From Rhynchopus sp. YZ270_cl-10 (lineage: Eukaryota), in contig OZ037837.1 in NCBI GenBank assembly GCA_964035575.1, forward strand, positions 1,364,001-1,428,000: a stretch of DNA of 64,000 nt, in the 5' to 3' direction. Position numbers and translations under genes: made by a program. The notes beneath the pieces were generated by a model. The model was not told where the DNA came from, did no database searches, and saw only the letters and a program-made list of their open reading frames with translations. Positions 1 through 11,818 of the stretch are shown piece after piece; the first letter of the stretch is position 1; each line of letters opens with the position of its first letter.

Positions 1-456
1 TTTCACAGCTGATTGCGAAGAACTGTACACGAAGGCACTTACCATATTGCTCGGTTAGCAAGAAGACTACAACGGGGGAGGAGCTGAGACAACTTCGATC
101 TGTACCCACACAACAGTGAGTGATGTGTCCACCAGGGGAGGGAGGGAGGGTGGTGATGAATATAACCCAAGTTCCCAGCGACAAAACCCAAGACCCTCAA
201 AACACCCCCAAGAAACCCCCCTTTCAGCCCTGTTGCTGATTTTCTCTTGTTTGCCTGCATGTCGCCCACCTCACACGCTGCCCATGCGGCGCTCTTGTGT
301 GGGTGACAGATCTCGCTCAGAGTCGTCTTATTTTCATCACTTCTCACAACGAGGAACAACATTCAACACCTCTCCCCCACCCACCTCATCACTCCCTCCG
401 CTTGTGGTGGAGCAAACGTGCTGATTTGCACCTTGTCACGGAAGTAGCGCCAAACA

Positions 457-1575
457 ATGGATGTGACCTTTGTGCTGGAAGAGTCAGGCGTGACTGCGAC
501 AGTGGAGGTGCCGTGCGAGGCGAACGTTGCAGCGGCAAAGGAGGTTGCGTGCAGGGCGCTTGCTGTCTCGCCTGCGTCTGTCGAGATGCGCATCGGCACT
601 GAGGTGCTGGAGGGGACGTCCCGTCTGCAGGACACTGCGTTTGATGCAGGGGTGCAGGTTGTGCTTGCCCGCTGCTGTGCCGACATCAAGTGTCCTGCTG
701 AGCACAGTGTCGAGGCGCCACCTGGTAGGCGGGATATGAAGGTAGATTGCTTCTCGCTGTCTTCTTGTGGAGCACTCTGCCTCTTTACACAGGACGCGGG
801 CTATGTCACCGGCCTCGATACAGAAACCTTCAGCCCTGCCTTCAAGTTCAAAATAGACATTGAGGTGGACGGTGCGCCTGCCATCTCACGGTGCAAGACA
901 CGCTGCTACCTGGCGCACGACGAAGGCATACAGGAGATTGCGCTTCCGGGAGGGGAGGTGCTCCGCAATGTTGACGGCACCTTTGAACTGTGTGGTGGTG
1001 TTGTTATCTCGCGGTGTGAAGACGGCGTCTCTGTGTATGACGAAGACCTGATGTTGCTCCGCTCTCTATCACACGCAGGGTGCAAGCAGGTGGCTGTGTC
1101 GCACTGTGGTGGGTGGGTCATCACCTCTTCTCGTAGGGAGCCGAACGTACGTCTGTGGGATGTGAGCACAGGCGAAGCTGTTGCATGCGTAGCTGTGGAG
1201 TTTCCTCGCGCAGTGGCGGTCTCACGGTCTGCCTCTGTCTTTGCTGTGGCATCGTCTGCACCTGGCGTTCACCCTACCGAAATGCAACTCTATGATTGGA
1301 GTGGTGAGGCTCTGGGCAGCTTTGCCAACGCAGGGTATTTTCATGTCTCTGCCATGCAGTTCACACTGTGTGGGAAGTATCTCGTTATTGAGTCAGACGA
1401 TGAAGAAGATTATACCGACCTGCATCAGTACGATGTGGCGACCATGTCCTGTGTGCGTGTGTTCTCCGACGTCGCTTTCTACTCTTCATTTGCGCTCTCG
1501 CCGTGTTCACGTGTGTTACTCTTTTCAAACTCAGGGCAAGACACTATTGTGACGAGACATCTGTACCCCTACTGA
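457..1575 (+). CDS. UBL-WD40-like beta-propeller protein (family copy 1)
   Basis: 372-aa ORF. The N-terminal ~72 aa have a ubiquitin-fold pattern (MDVTFVL..TATVEV..AAAKEVACRAL..VEMRIG..RLQD..VQVVLAR), followed by WD-like blades (VRLWDVSTGE, LYDWSG, QYDVAT). Paralogous to 8 other copies in the window. Confidence 0.8.
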   Translation: MDVTFVLEESGVTATVEVPCEANVAAAKEVACRALAVSPASVEMRIGTEVLEGTSRLQDTAFDAGVQVVLARCCADIKCPAEHSVEAPPGRRDMKVDCFSLSSCGALCLFTQDAGYVTGLDTETFSPAFKFKIDIEVDGAPAISRCKTRCYLAHDEGIQEIALPGGEVLRNVDGTFELCGGVVISRCEDGVSVYDEDLMLLRSLSHAGCKQVAVSHCGGWVITSSRREPNVRLWDVSTGEAVACVAVEFPRAVAVSRSASVFAVASSAPGVHPTEMQLYDWSGEALGSFANAGYFHVSAMQFTLCGKYLVIESDDEEDYTDLHQYDVATMSCVRVFSDVAFYSSFALSPCSRVLLFSNSGQDTIVTRHLYPY

Positions 1576-1953
1576 GTGATGTTTTGCGAGAGGTTGTGTT
1601 TGTATGCAGCTTCTCGCAGGCAGTCCACCCCAGAAGCACCTCCTCGCTGTCGCTGAGTGTTGCCATTATTGTCTTCGTTTCGCTGTGCCCCTGAATGCGT
1701 ATCTTTCTTTACTGTCAGGGGAGGGAGGACAAATGCTTTGTGAAGGGGAAGGGCATGGGGGGAAGGTGCGGGGCTTTTTTTTTTAGTAAACACGTAATAT
1801 TTGGCAAAATGCTCGAGACCCTCGTGAAAAGTCGCGCGTCTGAGTATCCCGCTCCCCGCTTGTTTCCCCCCTCCTTTCCCCCCTGTGCTCCACGACACTT
1901 TCTGTACTTCAGGCAAACACAACCACACCGTAAATCAAGTCGAGGAAAAAGAA

Positions 1954-2603
1954 CAGGGTATAAGCTTGGTACTCAGAATTAGGTTCAAAAACCTAATTCT
2001 GAAATTTTTCGGGAAAAAAAAAAAAAAAAAGTTCTGTTGAGTGGTTCAGACCCGTTCTACTTGTCAAAAAATCTCAGGAGAAGAAGATATGGAGAGGTGA
2101 GTGCTCAAACGTCCCAAAAAAGTCAAAATCGGGTGTTGGAAAAAAAAAAAGTTGCGTACCGTGCGCCTGCGGCGCAAGCAGCTCCCACCAACGCAGTTCC
2201 ATTTTATGGGAACATTTTTTAAAAATGTTGCGTACCGTGGCTTCGCCAGGAATCTGTGGGTACCATGACCGCTGCTTACTGATAAGAAGGCTGACACCCA
2301 CTACGGCTTGTGGACGGCCACCGTAGAGTACAATGTACAGCATGGTGAGAGGAAAGAGCAAATGTCGCTGATTCGGAGGAACTCTGACCGGGCTTGGGGA
2401 ACATGCATCTCTCCGCCGGAGGCCACGACGAAGGAGCTTTGCAGGGGTTTTCGCGCGAAGCGCAAAAATTTTTTTTTGGACCATCAACAGAACTTTTTCA
2501 AAACCCAAAATCCTGGCGGCGGGGCTGGTCTATAACCCCACCAAAAAAAAAATTTCAAAAAACCTAATTCTGGAAAAAATCCAAAATCCAAGCTTATACC
2601 CTG
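1954..2603. mobile_element. Non-autonomous hAT-like MITE
   Basis: Perfect 16-bp TIRs CAGGGTATAAGCTTGG (1954-1969) and CCAAGCTTATACCCTG (2588-2603), flanked by 8-bp TSD AAAAAGAA (1946-1953, 2604-2611). No credible ORF. Confidence 0.85.
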
Positions 2604-3049
2604 AAAAAGAAGGGAAAAAAAAAAAAAAAAAAGTCCACACCCACGAGGCGTGTTTTGGCAGGCGCTTGTAAGGACAGCCAAAAGACTTGAATCTGAGTGC
2701 AGAAGTGGTGTGGAAGCGAACAACAAAACAACCTTTACTTCCCCCCCCCCCCCCCCCCCCGTTTATAGTCTTTTGAGCAACAAGCAAAGAGGAACGAGTC
2801 TCTCAAGCATTTTTTGTAGTCGTCTGCCCACAGACCTCCCCTCTTAGTCAATCCCAGCGAAATAATTCACAGCCCGCCACTTCCTCCCTTCCCCAGCTTT
2901 TGTGACACATGTGTAATATGATTACTCATTGTCATCACTATTCAAAAGGGTTTTGAAACTTACCCCTTTTCTGATGAAGATCTTTGAAGTGCTGGACACT
3001 GTCGCAAATGTTCTTTGTGAACGTTCTTACGTAGAATAGGGTGGAGTAG

Positions 3050-3430
3050 GTGGAGGTGCCGTGCGAGGCGGACGTTGCAGCGGCAAAGGAGGTTGCGTGC
3101 ACGGCGCTTGCTGTCTCGCCTGCGTCTGTCGAGATGCGCATCGGCACTGAGGTGCTGGAGGGGACGTGCCGTTTGCAGGACACTGCGTTGGATGCAGGGG
3201 TGCAGGTCGTGCTTGCCCGCTGCTGTGCCGACATCAAGTGTCCTACAGAAAAACGAGTTAGGGCGGTGGTGGGTTCTTGACGCTGTCGCGTTGTGGAGCG
3301 CTCAGTCTCTTTCTGGCGTCCCCTCGGACAATCGTTGGCTTCGACACAGAAGCCTGCGACACTGAATTCTCCTTTGGACTCTGGGGTGACCGGCCCGTTT
3401 GCCATCTCGCAAGGCAAGACACGCTGCTTA
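3050..3430 (+). pseudogene. Truncated and degenerate UBL-WD40 fragment
   Basis: 3050-3245 is near-identical to the UBL-coding part of the family but lacks the start. It then degenerates with frameshifts through the first propeller blade. Confidence 0.8.
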
Positions 3431-3528
3431 CATGGTCCTCCCGAGGTCACAAAAAAAAATTGCCTGACCCCGTGTTTTTGTTGAGATTGCTCATCCTCAC
3501 CACACGACCACACCACCCAGGTACCACA

Positions 3529-6500
3529 ATGTCAACAACATGTCAGCGGGGGAAGCACACCACAGCCTTTGTGCTGCTGTCTCTTCTTGCGGGGTCTTCA
3601 CTGGCCATCAGCCTGCCGTGTGAGGATCCAGTCCTCATCACACAGTTCACCGACGCGTCTGAGTTTGTCAGCAACGCACCACTCACGCTGGGAGGGGACG
3701 GCTTCATCATGGAGGCAGACGTGCGGGTGGACGGTGTGAATTATATGGGACGTGTCTTCGAGTTCTCGAATGGGATGGAGAAGAACAACGTGATCCTCGC
3801 CATCAACAGCAAGGGCCAGTGGGAGTACCACGTGTGGCAGGGTGCACAGCACATCATCTTGATCGACCCTGTGCCGGGACCGTGCTGCGGTGTCTTCATG
3901 CATGTGGCGCTTGTCGTGACGGCGACGTCACAACACGCAGGCTTTGCAAGACTCTTCTTCGATGGTATTGAACGTGTCTCTGCCTCAGGTCCGCTCCCAG
4001 TACTTGACACACGCACCGACAACCACATCTACACGAGCACGTTCCCTGGGGATGTGCCCCTCAATGGAGTGGTGGCGAACTTCAGGTTCAGCACATGTAG
4101 GGCTAAGACACAGGTACCACCAACAGCGGTACCGGTAGCCCTGCCGTGTGAGGATCCAGTCCTCATCACACAGTTCACTGACTCGTCTGAGTTTGTCAGC
4201 AACGCACCACTCACGTTGGGAGGGGACGGCTTCATCATGGAGGCAGACGTGCGGGTGGACGGTGTGAATTATATGGGACGTGTCTTCGAGTTCTCGAATG
4301 GGATGGAGAAGAACAACGTGATCCTCGCCATCAACAGCAAGGGCCAGTGGGAGTACCACGTGTGGCAGGGTGCACAGCACATCATCTTGATCGACCCTGT
4401 GCCTGGACCGTGTTGCGGTGTCTTCATGCATGTGGCGCTTGTCGTGACGGCGACGTCACACGACCGAGGCTCTGCGAAACTCTTCTTCGATGGTGTTGAA
4501 CGTGTCTCTGCCTCAGGTCCGCTCCCAGTACTTGACACACGCACCGACAACCACATCTACACGAGCACGTTCCCTGGGGATGTGCCCCTCAATGGAGTGG
4601 TGGCGAACTTCAGGTTCAGCACATGTAGGGCTAAGACACAGGTACCACCAACAGCGGTACCGGTAGCCCTGCCGTGTGAGGATCCAGTCCTCATCACACA
4701 GTTCACTGACTCGTCTGAGTTTGTCAGCAACGCACCACTCACGTTGGGAGGGGACGGCTTCATCATGGAGGCAGACGTGCGGGTGGACGGTGTGAATTAT
4801 ATGGGACGTGTCTTCGAGTTCTCGAATGGGATGGAGAAGAACAACGTGATCCTCGCCATCAACAGCAAGGGCCAGTGGGAGTACCACGTGTGGCAGGGTG
4901 CACAGCACATCATCTTGATCGACCCTGTGCCTGGACCGTGTTGCGGTGTCTTCATGCATGTGGCGCTTGTCGTGACGGCGACGTCACACGACCGAGGCTC
5001 TGCGAAACTCTTCTTCGATGGTGTTGAACGTGTCTCTGCCTCAGGTCCGCTCCCAGTACTTGACACACGCACCGACAACCACATCTACACGAGCACGTTC
5101 CCTGGGGATGTGCCCCTCAATGGTGTGGTGGCGAACTTCAGGTTCAGCACATGCAGGGCCAAGACACAGGTACCACCAACAGCCGTTCCTCCTTTCACAG
5201 TTGCAATAGCTGTGCCGACAGTTCCCCTGACACTTGCACCACCAACTGCAGTACCAGTTGTCCGCCCGGTGCACGAGATGCACAGGGTAGTGGCGTTCGT
5301 TACCGACGGGTATGTGACCCTCTCCCACTTCAGAACAATGTCAAGATGCAAAACACAGATCTGTGCGCTTTGACATCTTTTGTAGTAAAACACATCATGT
5401 CGTGGAAGAGGAAATACAGCAACCAGAGTTGTGAACCTTTTACTATATACACAGGGGTCTAACAAACACAGCAAATCACAACATTGCACAGTGCACAATG
5501 TGTGTTGTTGATGTCGGAATAAGAAATATCCACACACAACACCACCACAGGTCTGGAGGTCTTTCTGCTGGTGTAGGCTCTGCCATCAGCCTGCTTGAGG
5601 GTGATGTGATGGACAACTACGTTGTGTATATCGCCAGTCTGCAGATCGGTACTGTAGTAGCTACCACTCTAGAACATGTATTTGTGTCGACGCTCAACAT
5701 CACACAGGGGTGTGGGTCGAACGCACCAACACTGTTCTCAAAGGCTGTGAACAAAAACATACAGGCACGGGACTTCCTGCGTGAGGAGATAACGGGTGTG
5801 CCGTTTGACCGTGCTGCGTGGGCGCGTGGTGACGACCTGTGCGTGAAGGTGGCAATGAGCGCTAAGTCTCTGAGCTTCTTCTCCATGTCCGTGGGAGTAA
5901 CGTTTGTTCCGAACAATGGCGTGCCCGAACTGCTGACACCTGCACTGTCGCCTGACGCAGTCACACAGCACATCGCTGCAGGCAGCTACGATGATGTCAA
6001 CACGACGTGGGGCATGAACGGTGAGCTCTCATCCAGTGCACAGACATACGCAGGTGTTATCACATGCACAGAGTACGGGAAGTTAAGGTTCTCATTGGAG
6101 TCCCGGAAGCAGGGATTTGTTACGATACACGACCACACAGGTGCTGTGACTGAGTTTTTCGTGTGGGGAAGCCTCGACAGCGGCAGCCTCTGGATGGATG
6201 TCCCCTGTGTGAAGCACAAGCTGATCTTCGTCGTGTCTGAGCAACTCTCACACTTCTCCTGGGCCTTCTTGGATGTAACAGCGGCACCACCAACAGACGT
6301 TCCAACAGTTACACCGAATCTGGCCGGTATCCCCACCTACGTTTGGCTGGCTGGTTCTGGTGCACTTCTGGTTGTGGTGCTGGCAGGAGTGCTGTTTGCG
6401 TGCAGACGCAGGTCTGCGGAGAAGCCTGCAGTGGCGTACAACGGACAACAGCACTGCCAGCAGGATGCAGCTCTGATTGAATGCGACGAAAGAGAGCTTT

Positions 6501-6532
6501 GCAGCTACCCCGACGAGGTCGTGGCTCTCTAG
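3529..6532 (+). CDS. Type I membrane protein with 3 LamG/concanavalin-like repeats; exons 3529-5309 and 5551-6532
   Basis: ATG at 3529 then a signal peptide (AFVLLSLLAGSSLA) and three 176-aa beta-rich repeats (GRVFEFSNG..MHVALVV..LFFDG). A GTATGT..CACAG intron (5310-5550) joins the two ORFs in frame. C-terminal TM helix (YVWLAGSGALLVVVLAGVLFAC-RRR). Confidence 0.8.
3613..5190 (+). repeat. Three tandem 528-bp coding repeats
   Basis: Units start at 3613, 4141 and 4669 (CTGCCGTGTGAGGATCCAGT) and are nearly identical at the DNA level. Confidence 0.95.
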
Positions 6533-7203
6533 GCATCGTGGCAGGAGACGTAGTACGACCTGCCACGTCTTCGTCCGAATACAACCCATCTGTGCTCTTC
6601 ACTTGCGCAGAAATGTTGCATACAGAAGGGCCCCTCCTCCTGCGGTGTGTGCTGCAATATCTTTTCTTTTTCTGTTTTTCGCGAAGCAAGCACAGACGTG
6701 TTTGCTGTGAAAGAGCACACCGACGCAGGAGCTTTTTTATCGGAAACTGTTTTCTTCTCCGCCAACGCACAAAAAACAGTTGCCAGGAAAAAACTTTTTC
6801 AGACAACGCTTATTGTTGTTGTTCTTTTTTTTTAACTCTCTGCTTCTATTTTACTTTTGATCAAACATCAATGTGGCACACTGCCTTGACAACGTCAGCT
6901 ATATGCGCTGCTGAATGCATATGAATACGTTCAGCCACATAAGTGTCAGATCAAAGCGAACTTTGACCCTGCCCAGACAACCACCGTGTTCAAAGCAATC
7001 TAGACCAATGCGACAGCAGAAACGTCTGACCAGAGTTCCGTGTATCTCTTACTTTAGTTCACGCGGCATTCACAATGCTGTGCAGAACAACAAAGACACT
7101 TCAAAAGGCTGTCAGCTGTTTTGTGCGTATTGCATACGTTGTCACCCCTCAGTGATGTTTGCTCCATCCCCCTCCCTCCCTCTCTCTCCCTCTCCCCGCT
7201 TGG

Positions 7204-7600
7204 GTATCGATTGGTGGACAAGTCTGGTGCCAGCACCCGCGGTAATTCCAGCACCAATAGCGTATATTAATGCTGCTGCTGTTAAAAAGCTCGTAGTTGG
7301 ATCCAGAGCTCAGGTTGTAAGGTACCACGGTTTTTCGTGATGGCGTAATGTCATAGAGTGGTACAAATTTCCCAACGTTATCTCTCAACACAGCAACAAG
7401 CACACTCTTCGCTTCCCCCGAAGACTGTTGTGTGCTTTCTGTGTGCGGTGTGTGTTGTGCGTGTCTATTGTGTCTTTGTTTGTCGTCATTTCGGTTCCTG
7501 CAAGCACAGTCGTGTTTGCAGGGCGCTCAATGTTGATTCTTCAGGCCGGCATTGAGTGCTGATGTTTGTACCAGTGATAGTGATGGAGACAGCATAACAT
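7204..7600 (+). rRNA. Isolated 18S rRNA fragment (530-loop region, probably extending into V4); pseudogenic
   Basis: CAAGTCTGGTGCCAGCACCCGCGGTAATTCCAGCACCAATAGCGTATATTAATGCTGCTGCTGTTAAAAAGCTCGTAGTTGGAT at ~7219-7302, followed by hairpin-rich sequence. No flanking rDNA. The 3' limit is approximate. Confidence 0.85.
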
Positions 7601-9445
7601 ACCGTCTTGTTCAGATGGATGCAGTCACACTGTGATGTGCACCTTTTTCTCAACCCCCTTTCTTATTCAAAGGTGACTGCGTACGAAGGTGTTGAGCATT
7701 GATCTTGCGAAGACAGGATCTGGCATTAATTTGCTCTTCTAAGATTCCTCAGGGGGACTCGAGGGACCGCCTGGAGGACTCAGGAAAAGTTTTGCCGAAA
7801 ATGGGCTCCACCTATTTTTTTTTTTTTTTCAATAGCAATTCCTTGGTTTTTTGGGGGGTTTTTTACTCTCGCCAACCAGTAAAGTGAGAATTTTTTTCGA
7901 CTTTTTGATCGCACCTGGCCGCAATTGAAAGATTTGATCAAATATTTCAATTTACGCCATCGATTTGTAGTGATCAAGTCAAAGGAAAGAGTTCAACTCG
8001 AATAATTTCGAGAGTTTTTATTTTAAAAAGTGTGATCTGTGAGTGGAGGAAGCGTTCGCCATTTCAACCTCTCCCCCGTTTTCCATCTGCGATGTTTTTG
8101 CCCATTTTTAGAATCAACTGAGTGTGTAAACCGTCTGAGTGTGGATGCTTCAATGCAACACGAAACTCTGAGACACAAGTAACTAGTTGGGAATAGCTGG
8201 GAAACCGACAAGACAGCGAATGACGTGGGTAGCGTACCAACTAAACAACAAGACGAACGGGGTTTTTATTATTTTGGACCGGCTGTGTAATACCTGCCTG
8301 CAACTGAGAGTTTACCCACCTCACCCTAGTTTCGAGTGCAAAACGTTTCATCATGTATTGCACGGGAATCAACATGATGTTCCGTGCATATCATAGAACC
8401 TGGCACCTTGTGTGTCTCCCAAAAACCAAAAGCGTTGTGTGTGAAGTTTTGAAGGAAGGAAAAATACACTCCACATTCTTTTTTTCATATTTACGAAAAC
8501 GATTGCGTCCACGAGAGTAAAGTCACTGCAAAGATCTTAGAGTACTTTTACCAAATTGTCTCTCTTTTTTTCATGTGAGAAAGCAAAATGGTAAAGAAAA
8601 GCTCTTTTTTTTGCTGTTATGCTGCTGACGTGACACAATTGTTGCAAATATGCAGTTTTCTTTTCTTTCGGAAAAAGGAAAGCAAACTCACTCCCCTCCC
8701 CCATCTTTAATGCCTCCCCAATTTTGATGACAATGCAAGAAGCATAATGAAGCATCAAAAATGTGTTTTGAGTTTCCCAATCCCACTCTCCCAAATGCAT
8801 TTTTTCTGTCTGTTCGCCGATACACGATGACCTAGTTACACCCCACAATACTGTAAGAACAGAAAGGCAGTAAGCTCTTAGTTATGTAACAAGCTTCAGA
8901 ATGCAGGATGGTCACCACGAGGCGGGCCTCCTTTCTTGAAGTCTACTTTCACCTTTTCCTCCCACTTCAGCTGCAAACTCTCCACGATTGCGCAATCGTT
9001 GCCACTGACTTCTCCCCCCCTCTAGGTAACAGAACTCGTATGGTGTGTCCTTGCCAGACACGACGCTGCACTTCAACAACGTCATGCGTTCCTTTTGTGA
9101 GAGGGAGTCCGCCCCCCCACAGACACCGTACTCACAGTGCCTCCTCCCCTCTTCCTTCTTTGCCTTCACGTAGAGTAGGGCTGAACACTACGATGGAGTC
9201 AGTGTCTGCAAGGATGCAAACGATTTTTTGTCCAATAATAATACGTCAGCAGGCAATGACGAGGTAGAATCGTTCTTGTTCTCTTCTGCGTGTATCTTTT
9301 CTTTCAACACCCTGGCTGTTGAACAGCGGTGGTCTTGCTGTTTGTGAAACAGCAAGATGCGGAACAGCTCCTCCTTCCTGTCCTCTTCCAAGCGTCATAC
9401 AAGACAACGAGATCATCGGCTTTGTTGCGGATTTTTCAGCGTGCC

Positions 9446-9740
9446 GAACAATAAAAGCTTGGCCCACAATTTGCTTATTTCTTTGCACTCTTGCGCATTC
9501 GGTATAGAGACTGCGCCAAGTTGTGATCTGATTGAAGTCCTGGCCTTCGCGGGGGGCTGTTCTGATGCGGGTTTTGTCATCCGCCTGGTGTTGCTGCTCT
9601 TGCTTTTCCTTCAAACCCGTCCGTTCCTTCATCTCCTCTGACGTCTTCTCGCACTTCGCGAGGTGTCCCCTCAGCCTGGTGCCTGTCACCTTCGCCACCG
9701 CCGTTTCGCAACATTTGCGCGTAAAGTGTGAAACGCCCTC
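9446..9740 (-). pseudogene. Duplicated coding remnant, possibly a BED-finger N-terminus of a hAT-type transposase (second copy 13774-14069)
   Basis: Minus-strand translation VSHFTRKCCETAVAKVTGTRLRGHLAKC resembles the BED motif HF..C..C..T..L..HL..C. The block is duplicated upstream of B-box genes 1 and 2. Confidence 0.35.
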
Positions 9741-10027
9741 CCCACCTATTGTATCCCTTTTTGCAATGTGTTTTTTCATTGAAGACGTAGCTCGATGTTG
9801 TATCGGAAACGATTCGTATTCTTGCACAAAATGTTTTTGATGCATAAATCTTGTAAAAATGCTCGCATGTGGTCTGCACGATTCCTGCATGCGAGATTGC
9901 ATGTGGGCATGATGCTCAAGTGATTGACGTGTGTGAATCATTTCCGATGTCTGCAGCTTACACCCCTCATCAATAAGTCACACCCAGCCCCTTCCAGACA
10001 CCCCTGCACCCTCCCACCTCTATAAAA

Positions 10028-11818
10028 ATGAAGCGTTCCTCCGTGACTGAGTCCCCCACCACAAAGAAGGCCCGGGTGGACGGCCCTGCACCCGCCTACC
10101 TCTTCGAAACACACACTGTGTCTGACACGCAGCCCACCGCACCACAGATGCCGAACTGTGAGAACTGTGGCGTGCCTGCACAGCTGCAGTGCGGGATCTG
10201 CAAGGAGCTGTTCCTCTGCCACACACCTGCGTGCTTCGAAGTGTTCCACTCATCCTTGAGGCCACGTGACCGTGAGGCACATCGCGCTTCTGTGACTCCG
10301 TACGGGACGTCGTCGAAGTGTGCACAGCACCCAGGACAAGAGCTGTGCGTCGTCTGTGAAGACCCTGCGTGTGGAGACGCGTTGATCTGCATGCGCTGTG
10401 CTTACTTCGGACACACGGGACACAAGACAGTTGACATCACGGGCTACATGAAACGCCAGCGTGACACCCTCTGCTCACACGTGTCAGACCTGACAACACA
10501 GCGGACTGCTGCAGAGGAGAAGTACAGTGTGCTTGAGGCACTCCCACCCACAGAGGACAGGTACAAAGACCTTCTCCTGCAGACACACGTCGGGCACCTC
10601 GTGATGCGTGAGGATGTGTCGCGCAGCGAAGTCGCGTGTGAGGAGGAGGTGGCACGGAGCTTCCTCACACAGGCACTCAGTCGTGAAGGGGAGGTGTGTG
10701 TGCTGAAGATGTTTGTTGCGAAGGCAGGACACATGATTGCTGAGTGTGAGGCGGTGTGCCAGCTTGGGGACGACCAGGTGCTGCGTGCGGTCACAGAGTC
10801 GCAGGCCGTTGTGCGGAGCATCAACAGCATGGCAGCGAGTGGAGACCGCCACCGCCTTGTGGGTGCTGCAGACCCACACACAACGTTTTCCCTGAAGTTG
10901 CCTGTTTCGAACGTGCACGACGCCCTTGCCCAGATGTCTGCGATTTTTGTGCCTGTCCTTGTGCAGGGGTTGGATGGAGTGGAACACGAGATTGAGGTGA
11001 GTGTGGATGACACGGGCAGAGACTTGCTTCGGAAGGTGGCGTCTGCAGTGGGGTTGCCTGAAGGCTGCTTCGACATGACTTTCAGAGATGAAGTGATTGC
11101 AGAAGGAGAGGACGTGGTGCAGCTGAGGGGTCACAGGGTTGTTGTGACGCAGACCAACACACAGAGGAGGAAGCAGGATGCCATTGCAGCACTTCGTGCG
11201 TTGGGTGAGACAACAATTACAGAAGAACGGTTGGAGCAGGTGACTGATCCGAAGGTGGCTTGCTTGCTCCTGCAGGCACAAGTTGTGACTGCGATTCCAG
11301 ACAACCTCTTTTCGAGAACTGCAGTGTCGTACGTTGATCTCAGTCATGCGTCTGCTGTGACTGCGATTGGGAGATCAGTTCTTCAAGACTGCACAGCTTT
11401 GACCGACGTTGATCTGAGTGGATTGCAAGCTGTCACCTCGATTGGTGACCATTTCTTATGCCAGTGCACATCATTGTCGACACTTGATTTGAGTGGATTA
11501 CAAGCTGTCACCTCGATTGGGACCTGCTTCTTGTACGGGTGTTTTTCATTGTCAATGGTTGATCTGGGTGGATTCAAAGCTGTCACTGCCATTGGGATGC
11601 ACTTCCTCCAGCGTTGCACATATTTATCAACAGTTGATTTGAGTGCATTGCAAGCTGTCACCTCGATTGGGCAGTACTTCCTCCACGACTGCCCATCGTT
11701 GGAGACCTTGCATGGGAAGGACAAGTGCAGCAGTGTTGTACTCAGGAGTCTCCCAGAACAGAGAAGTTTCAGGGGTCTCCTATATCATTTTAGGGAGGGT
11801 TTGGGTGAGAAAAGGTAA
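10028..11818 (+). CDS. B-box zinc finger / coiled-coil / UBL / LRR protein (copy 1)
   Basis: N-terminal KR..KKAR NLS-like motif, then CENC..CGIC..C..CFEVFH finger, B-box2 (CAQH..C..C..CMRC..H..H), helical region and UBL (VLVQGLDG..EIEVSVDDT..LRKVA). C-terminal 25-aa BspA-like LRRs (C.SL..VDLSGLQAVTSIG..FL). Confidence 0.85.
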   Translation: MKRSSVTESPTTKKARVDGPAPAYLFETHTVSDTQPTAPQMPNCENCGVPAQLQCGICKELFLCHTPACFEVFHSSLRPRDREAHRASVTPYGTSSKCAQHPGQELCVVCEDPACGDALICMRCAYFGHTGHKTVDITGYMKRQRDTLCSHVSDLTTQRTAAEEKYSVLEALPPTEDRYKDLLLQTHVGHLVMREDVSRSEVACEEEVARSFLTQALSREGEVCVLKMFVAKAGHMIAECEAVCQLGDDQVLRAVTESQAVVRSINSMAASGDRHRLVGAADPHTTFSLKLPVSNVHDALAQMSAIFVPVLVQGLDGVEHEIEVSVDDTGRDLLRKVASAVGLPEGCFDMTFRDEVIAEGEDVVQLRGHRVVVTQTNTQRRKQDAIAALRALGETTITEERLEQVTDPKVACLLLQAQVVTAIPDNLFSRTAVSYVDLSHASAVTAIGRSVLQDCTALTDVDLSGLQAVTSIGDHFLCQCTSLSTLDLSGLQAVTSIGTCFLYGCFSLSMVDLGGFKAVTAIGMHFLQRCTYLSTVDLSALQAVTSIGQYFLHDCPSLETLHGKDKCSSVVLRSLPEQRSFRGLLYHFREGLGEKR

